Shown: piece by piece, positions 58,032 through 64,000 of the stretch
Layout: every line of letters starts with the position of its first letter
How positions within the stretch are numbered: position 1 is the stretch's first letter
Origin: Candidatus Bathyarchaeum tardum
GTDB taxonomy: Archaea; Thermoproteota; Bathyarchaeia; Bathyarchaeales; Bathyarchaeaceae
DNA: 64,000 nucleotides
Assembly: GCA_024650005.2 (NCBI GenBank)
Contig: CP122380.1
Coordinates: 1,376,001 to 1,440,000 of the forward strand
Reading direction: 5' to 3'
Notes under the pieces: model-generated
Seen by the model: only the letters and a program-made list of their open reading frames with translations
What the model was told of the DNA's origin: nothing
The model's database searches: none
Translations under genes and position numbers: made by a program

Positions 58032-59048
58032 ATGGAAAACAACGTCATGATTGAAGTAAACAACCTTACAAAAAAGTTTGGCGATTTCACTGCTGTCGAC
58101 CACATTTCCTTTGAGGTCAAAAAAAGCGAAATCTTTGGTTTGCTTGGACCCAATGGTGCAGGAAAAACCACAACAATACGAATGCTTTCAACGCTAACTA
58201 GACCGTCAGAAGGCACAGCTACAATCGGTGGATACGATATAGTAAAAAAAGACAACAAAGTCAGGCAACTAATTGGTCTAGTTTCTGAAAAAATGATAAT
58301 GTACGACCGTTTAACAGCTAAAGAGAACCTAAAATTTTTTGGAAAACTCTACGACTTACCAAAAAAGACCATGAATCAACGAATTGATGAGTTACTAGAG
58401 CTCGTTCAACTTACAAAATTTAAAGATGCAAAAGTGGGCAATTTTTCCACAGGCATGAGGCAAAGAATGAACGTAGTCAGAGCGCTACTTAACAGACCTC
58501 AAGTGTTGTTTCTTGATGAACCCACATTAGGATTAGATCCCCAATCTACTGTTGAAATCAGGGAATTCATCAGGAAAATCAACAAAGAAAACGAAACAAC
58601 AATAATTTTAACCACCCACATGATGAACGAAGCAGACCTTCTGTGTGACCGCATCGGCATAGTTGATCATGGAAAAATTACAGCCTTGGATACGTCAAAG
58701 AACCTTAAAAAATTGGTTTCAGGAGACAATACAACTGTGCTGAAACTGGATGTTGCAAACTTGACACCAAAACTAGTTACAAAAATTAAGGCTGTACAAT
58801 GCGTAAAGTCTGTGTCTCAAGATACAGAAACCCACCTCAAGGTCCATGCAACTGGGGATACCGCTTTTGATGACATACTTGGGGTTCTTCAATTAAATAA
58901 TGCGAAAATTAACTCCATTGAGAACGTTCAGCCAACCCTTGAAGATGTTTTCCTTCAGATAACAGGTCGAGACATGCGGGATAAAGCAGACAACAAAATG
59001 CCTTCGCCCCGTCAGGGACCAAACAGAGTGCAAAACAGGATAAGGTGA
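58032..59048 (+). CDS. ABC exporter ATP-binding protein (DrrA-like)
   Basis: GPNGAGKT, FSTGM, FLDEPT, LTTH; GGTGA SD before ATG 58032. Confidence 0.94.
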   Translation: MENNVMIEVNNLTKKFGDFTAVDHISFEVKKSEIFGLLGPNGAGKTTTIRMLSTLTRPSEGTATIGGYDIVKKDNKVRQLIGLVSEKMIMYDRLTAKENLKFFGKLYDLPKKTMNQRIDELLELVQLTKFKDAKVGNFSTGMRQRMNVVRALLNRPQVLFLDEPTLGLDPQSTVEIREFIRKINKENETTIILTTHMMNEADLLCDRIGIVDHGKITALDTSKNLKKLVSGDNTTVLKLDVANLTPKLVTKIKAVQCVKSVSQDTETHLKVHATGDTAFDDILGVLQLNNAKINSIENVQPTLEDVFLQITGRDMRDKADNKMPSPRQGPNRVQNRIR

Positions 59049-59049
59049 T

Positions 59050-60246
59050 TTGAAAATGGGAACTAAAAAGATGCTTTCAAACAGTTTGCGGATAGCTTGG
59101 AAAGATTTGATGGAACTATTCAGAAACAGAATGGGGCTTGTTTTGCTGATACTGATGCCCGTATTCATGATGACCATGGTAGGTTACATATATCCTTCAG
59201 AAAGTTCACTGAACAACGTATCAATTGGAATAGTGAATGAAGACATAGGATTTAATGGTCTTAGTTTAGGTACAACGTTTTTCGCGACGTTGAACGTGAT
59301 AAACGACAACGCCAGCTTGATTACTATCAAAGATGCAACAAGTTTTGAAGACATACAGCAAATGATTCAAACAGGGAACATAGAAGGCGGAATAATAATT
59401 TCTGCTGATTTCAGTTCAAACATCATTAACGGACAACAAGGAACGGTCACCATTGTAACTGATCAGTCCAATCCACAGATGTCTACGATGATACAGGCGG
59501 TTTTAAGCCAAGTTTTTGAAGAAATGGGCACCGCAATGGCCCAACAAAATGTTGCAGAACAATTAGGAATCAATCCTGACATAGCATTAGCTGTTGTAAA
59601 ACCATATGATGTTCAGGTTAAAGGTTCAATTGAAGGCGAATTCAGTTACTTTGATTTCATTGCACCTGGAATCATGGCAATGACAGTCATGATGAGTGTA
59701 ATGACTGGACTTCCTGCAGCAATTTCCCATGAACGAGAACTAGGAACCCTAGACGGCATGATGGTAGCCCCAATAAACAGGCTTTCAGTAATTCTTGGAA
59801 AAACCCTTGCACAGATGGCACGTGGAATACTTCAAGGTGTACTCATACTTGGGTTGGCCACGATGTTGTTTGGGGTCACAGTTCACGGAAATATTCTGTT
59901 AGTGTTTGCTTTACTGCTATTAGGGGTATTCAGCTTTGTTGGTTTAGGCGTAGTACTGACTTCATTTGCCAAAGACCAAGAAACAGCAGTAATGATGATG
60001 ACAACCATAATGTTCCCAATGATGTTCCTCAGCGGAGTGTTTTTCCCCATAGAGCAAATGCCATGGTTCATGCAAACAATTTCAAAGTTTTTGCCACTAA
60101 CATACGTTGCAGATTCCCTACGAAAAGTAATGGTCCTTGGAGCAGACATACCTGCACTAACGTCAGAACTTTCAATCTTGATAGTATTCGGAATCGCCAT
60201 GATAGCAATAGCAGTCCCAATATTCAAACGAGCAATGACCCGATAA
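59050..60246 (+). CDS. ABC-2 exporter permease
   Basis: HERELGTLDGMMVAP, FLSGVFFP. Confidence 0.92.
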   Translation: MKMGTKKMLSNSLRIAWKDLMELFRNRMGLVLLILMPVFMMTMVGYIYPSESSLNNVSIGIVNEDIGFNGLSLGTTFFATLNVINDNASLITIKDATSFEDIQQMIQTGNIEGGIIISADFSSNIINGQQGTVTIVTDQSNPQMSTMIQAVLSQVFEEMGTAMAQQNVAEQLGINPDIALAVVKPYDVQVKGSIEGEFSYFDFIAPGIMAMTVMMSVMTGLPAAISHERELGTLDGMMVAPINRLSVILGKTLAQMARGILQGVLILGLATMLFGVTVHGNILLVFALLLLGVFSFVGLGVVLTSFAKDQETAVMMMTTIMFPMMFLSGVFFPIEQMPWFMQTISKFLPLTYVADSLRKVMVLGADIPALTSELSILIVFGIAMIAIAVPIFKRAMTR

Positions 60247-60438
60247 AAATAGGTCAAACTCCAAACTTTATTTTTTTTCATTTCAATTTTGTACATAAAC
60301 ACAGAACTATAAAATAAGCTAAGTTAGGCTGTAATTAAGAAATAAAGGCATAAATCAAAAAACTGCCCTAAAAAATATTAAAAAAGAAAAAATGAGTTGA
60401 GCCCTTAACGTTTTTTGCTAAGTTGCTCGGTGTAGAGT

Positions 60439-62649
60439 TTATTCTCTGTCGATGAACTTGTTGGCGCTAGGTACGTCTTCAGGAAGACCGCGTCGTTTTC
60501 GAATGCCAGCGATGACTTCGGTGGATATGCTTGCGGGAACTTTTTCCCAGTGGTCGAACTGTGTTTGCCAGAAGGCGTGACCAGAAGTTGATCCTCGCAT
60601 GTCTGCAGAGAGACCAAAAGTTTCAGAAACTGGCAAAAATCCAGTAACGTTGGTTATTGGTCCTTTTTGTTCAGAGGAGACGATTCTTCCTCGTTTCCGG
60701 GTAATCAAGCCGGTTACGTCACCGACGAACTGGTGTGGAACTGAAACTCCAATCTTGTAGATTGGTTCAGAAAGCACAGGGTCCGCAGTAAGGAATGATC
60801 CCCAGAGGGCTCGTTTCATTGCAGGCATAATTTGTGCAGGTCCGCGGTGTACTGGGTCTTCGTGCAATTTACAGTCCAACAGGCTTACTTTGCAGCCTCG
60901 GATTGGTTCATCACAAAGTGGACCGTTTCGAGCGGCCCATCGGAAACCTGAGTTGACTGTTTCTTTGACTTCTCGTAGATACTGAACACCTTTAGTCAAG
61001 TCTAACAAGATGTTGCGGTGTTCTTCTAAAGCCCAAACGTTTCGTGATTCTTGAGCAGTCCATCCTGCTTGTTCACGCAAGGTTTCCCCGATTCGTTTGT
61101 TTCCCATGGCTTCAAACAGGGCACCCTTTTCCATCAAGTCAACAACATTTTGGTCCAAAGGTTCAACCTTGAGCCAGAATTTGCTGTGTTTGTTGGGGCT
61201 CTTTGCCATAGCAACTACACCTTCTTTGGATGCTGTTTCCCTGTAGACGACCAAGGGTTGAGAAGTTATGAGTTCTATTCCTCCACCGGTTTGTCGGAGG
61301 GTCTTTACAGCGATTTCCAAGTGAAGTTCACCCATTCCGCTGAGAAGGTATTCTCCAGTTTCTTTGTTAATTTTAGTTACCAAGTTTGGATCATCAACAG
61401 TTAACCTGTCCATCAATTCGATAAGGCGGGGCAAGTCACGTGGATGTTTGGGTTCAATTGCAATGGTAATAACTGGTTCAGAAACGTATTGGATGTTTTC
61501 GAAAGGAACCATATCTTTTTCAGCGCCCATGCTAACAAGGGTTTCTCCAGCTCGGGCAAGATCCATTCCCAGAACGGCTGCAATGTTTCCTGCCCCCATT
61601 TTGCCGACAACTTCTCGGAAAGCACCCATATACATGGATACTTGTTGAACACGGTAGTCTTTCTTTGCGCCCACTAAGTACACCCGTTCTCCTTCGTTTA
61701 GGCAACCCGAAAAGATGCGACCAGTGGCAACTAGTCCTGCGTGGGGGTCCATGGCTGCTGATGTTAAACACATTACAACAGGGCCATTTTCGTCACATTC
61801 AGTCATGGCTTTTCCTATTTTTGAATCTATTTCGCCTTTCCAAACTTTGGGAACACGATATTTTTGTGCAGTCAATGGGTTTGGAAGTTTTTTAACAGCC
61901 ATGTCCAGTATGGCGTTGTGCAAAGGAACAAGTTCTGCAAGTTTTTCGTAAGTTCCATTGTGATAAGCGTCAACAACGTCACTGAATTTTATTCCTGCTT
62001 TTTCAGCCATTTCAAGGGTGAAACCCCACTTGTGTAAGGCAGAGCCAAAAGCAACTGTTCCTTTGGTGGGGTCAACTTTCCATGCGTTTTTGACTTCTTT
62101 TTCTCCGTATATTGAAATCAAGTTGTTAAAATCACGAATAATTCGCAGAAGTTTGGTTTGCATTTGTTCTGCGTTGAGTTTGAGTTCTTTAATCAAGCGG
62201 TCAACTTTGTTGATGAACAGAACGGGTTGAACGCGCTCATTCAATGCTTGACGGGTAACGGTTTCGGTCTGAACCATTACTTCTTCGACGGCGTCAACAA
62301 CTACTACTGCACCGTCGATTGCTCGCAGGGCACGGGTTACTTTTCCAGTAAAGTCTACGTGTCCTGGTGTGTCAATTAGGTTGATTACGTGGGATTTGTT
62401 GTCAACTTCGTGTAGAAGTGAAATGTTTGCAGATTTAATTGTGATTCCACGTTTTTGTTCTTCTTCAAGGTAGTCCAGGGCTCTTGCTGCTCCGGCAATT
62501 TTTGGGGATAGGAGCCCTGCTTCAGCTAACAAGGAATCGGACATTGTGGTTTTGCCGTGGTCGATGTGGGCAATTATTCCGATGTTCCTGATATCTTCTT
62601 TTTTGTTCATGAGCTTTACGAGGTCGCTCGTTTGCCTAAATTTTGGCAC
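60439..62649 (-). CDS. fusA: translation elongation factor aEF-2
   Basis: AHIDHGKTT, RGITIKSA, DTPGHVDF, NKVD, GMGELHLE, diphthamide loop HEDPVHRG. Confidence 0.97.
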   Translation of the reverse strand: MPKFRQTSDLVKLMNKKEDIRNIGIIAHIDHGKTTMSDSLLAEAGLLSPKIAGAARALDYLEEEQKRGITIKSANISLLHEVDNKSHVINLIDTPGHVDFTGKVTRALRAIDGAVVVVDAVEEVMVQTETVTRQALNERVQPVLFINKVDRLIKELKLNAEQMQTKLLRIIRDFNNLISIYGEKEVKNAWKVDPTKGTVAFGSALHKWGFTLEMAEKAGIKFSDVVDAYHNGTYEKLAELVPLHNAILDMAVKKLPNPLTAQKYRVPKVWKGEIDSKIGKAMTECDENGPVVMCLTSAAMDPHAGLVATGRIFSGCLNEGERVYLVGAKKDYRVQQVSMYMGAFREVVGKMGAGNIAAVLGMDLARAGETLVSMGAEKDMVPFENIQYVSEPVITIAIEPKHPRDLPRLIELMDRLTVDDPNLVTKINKETGEYLLSGMGELHLEIAVKTLRQTGGGIELITSQPLVVYRETASKEGVVAMAKSPNKHSKFWLKVEPLDQNVVDLMEKGALFEAMGNKRIGETLREQAGWTAQESRNVWALEEHRNILLDLTKGVQYLREVKETVNSGFRWAARNGPLCDEPIRGCKVSLLDCKLHEDPVHRGPAQIMPAMKRALWGSFLTADPVLSEPIYKIGVSVPHQFVGDVTGLITRKRGRIVSSEQKGPITNVTGFLPVSETFGLSADMRGSTSGHAFWQTQFDHWEKVPASISTEVIAGIRKRRGLPEDVPSANKFIDRE

Positions 62650-62833
62650 CTTATAGTTTCTCCTGATTGTTAATGGACAGAATGCTAGATTAAAAGCATA
62701 CCTATAAGCATTATTGTAAGCTAAAGATTTGAAATTAAACCTATATTGCTGTATGCGCGTTTTTCAAGCAACGTTTGATATAATAAGTAACATCACAAAA
62801 TGAACTTGTAAAAGAATTTTAAGTGAAATTTGG

Positions 62834-63292
62834 TTAGTCTTCCCAGCGGTAAATTTTCTTTCTCTGTTTGAGTTTTTCTAAACCACAGTTAAAACAGAGT
62901 CCATTATGACAACAAATTGTGCCTCCACATTCGGTGCATTCCCATTTTTTCTGTTGAGTTTCCAAAAATTTTTCCAAGCTTTGTTCCTTAATTAACTGAA
63001 GGTTTTCAATCAAACTCATATGATAATGACTTTTGTAGCGATCATCAATGTGTTGTAGGTTTTTGCAGGGAAAATCTTGGCACTCATAACAGAACTCAAT
63101 TTCATGATTTAGAAGCTTTTCACATCTTTTCTTCAGAAATGCACATTGCTTGTCACGGGGTCTACATCCTTTGCAGTATGCCATTTTGATGCCTTTGGAC
63201 CTAATTTTGTGTTCTAAAGCAAGGTAACCGCTGCAAACATTGCAATCCATACCACATGGCGCTACCAGTTCTGGTTTCAAGTTAGCAAGCAC
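62834..63292 (-). CDS. DUF3795 family Cys-rich protein
   Basis: APCGMDCNVC, CKGCR, FCYECQDFPC, CTECGGTICCH. Confidence 0.85.
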   Translation of the reverse strand: MLANLKPELVAPCGMDCNVCSGYLALEHKIRSKGIKMAYCKGCRPRDKQCAFLKKRCEKLLNHEIEFCYECQDFPCKNLQHIDDRYKSHYHMSLIENLQLIKEQSLEKFLETQQKKWECTECGGTICCHNGLCFNCGLEKLKQRKKIYRWED

Positions 63293-63482
63293 CCAACAAT
63301 AATGGCAAAAAATATGATATCAATCTTTTCCTGAAAAGATTATTGACTAATAGGTTATGCAACATGGTTAGTAAAAAACATGAAAAATAAATGCAAACAG
63401 ATTCTTCGGTTGTACTGTAACTGTTTGGAGTATGTAAACAAAATTCATAAAGGGTTTATTACTAGCGCCCAAGTTTAGAGAT

Positions 63483-63860
63483 ATGGACTCAAGTTATTTC
63501 GTATTTTTAGTTCTTCCCTTAGCGGTTATAGTGTTTTTTCTAGTAGGATTAACCCTCTATTATGCCCGAAAAGGAGAAGATGAATATGAAAAAGAAATAA
63601 AAAAGCTTAGAAAGTTGTTAATTTCAGGAAAAATTAACACTCAAACTTTCAACAAGCTTAAGAGCAAAACAGATTACGTTAAGGATTACAATAACGAGTC
63701 AAAACGGCTTTTGGAGTTGTTATCTAGCGAAAAAATTGATGATGATACTTACAACCGATTAAATCAGGTTCTTGAAAAATCTTTCCAAGAAAAAATCAGT
63801 AGACTTGAAGATGAAACAGAAGAACTTGATGGGAAGCCGTTTCATGCTGCTAAGTTCTAA
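63483..63860 (+). CDS. membrane-anchored protein with SHOCT-like repeats
   Basis: N-terminal TM; LRKLLISGKINTQTF and LLELLSSEKIDDDTY repeats. Confidence 0.65.
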   Translation: MDSSYFVFLVLPLAVIVFFLVGLTLYYARKGEDEYEKEIKKLRKLLISGKINTQTFNKLKSKTDYVKDYNNESKRLLELLSSEKIDDDTYNRLNQVLEKSFQEKISRLEDETEELDGKPFHAAKF

Positions 63861-63918
63861 AGTATAGAAAAACAAAATAGTCCAAGATACAGTCATTTTC
63901 GGGAAGGATGACTCCACA

Positions 63919-64000
63919 GTGAAGATAGAAAACAAAAGCATCAGCAAGCATAAAATGGTAGAATTAAAGGCACGAGTCAACGACCATGAGTTGTTACGAA
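63919..64000 (+). CDS. 5' fragment, possibly a CYTH-domain (CyaB-like) protein
   Basis: Open to the window end: ...HKMVELKARVNDHELLR, resembling the CYTH N-terminal (E)xExK motif. Confidence 0.45.
   Translation, partial: MKIENKSISKHKMVELKARVNDHELLR

Noticed and set aside
1-64000. tRNA, rRNA, SRP RNA, RNase P RNA, CRISPR arrays, IS elements
   Set aside because: No diagnostic motifs found by eye; tRNAscan and Infernal are needed to exclude them fully

Overview
This is an archaeal chromosomal segment. The archaeal-type ribosomal proteins, aIF2-gamma, RpoE1/Spt4 and aEF-2 establish that, and the gene content and protein style suggest Bathyarchaeia (inference, not tested). It carries information-processing genes in rearranged operons: rpl3-rpl4-rpl23-[VTT]-rpl2 with rps19 displaced about 37 kb; rps6e-[insert]-eif2g-[insert]-PIN-rpoE1-spt4-DUF359-rps24e-rps27ae; and a stand-alone EF-2. 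It also carries a group 4 membrane-bound [NiFe]-hydrogenase split into two convergent operons, cbiMNQO, a ferredoxin-OFOR operon, a GT4/GalT carbohydrate cluster, three ABC-2 exporters, regulators and several orphans. I saw no tRNA, rRNA, CRISPR array or transposase. The strongest unexplained signals are non-coding. First, two tandem minus-strand hairpin RNAs at 43577-43821, 180 nt apart, each with its own TATA-like promoter, a conserved 16-bp G-U-containing stem and a variable 32-33 nt loop, next to a small winged-helix gene. Second, a box C/D-like sRNA and other intergenic hairpins at 34-37 kb. Third, three genes whose plausible N-termini lack an ATG/GTG/TTG start, which suggests AUH initiation or stop-codon readthrough. 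Family names come from motif recognition by eye, not database searches.
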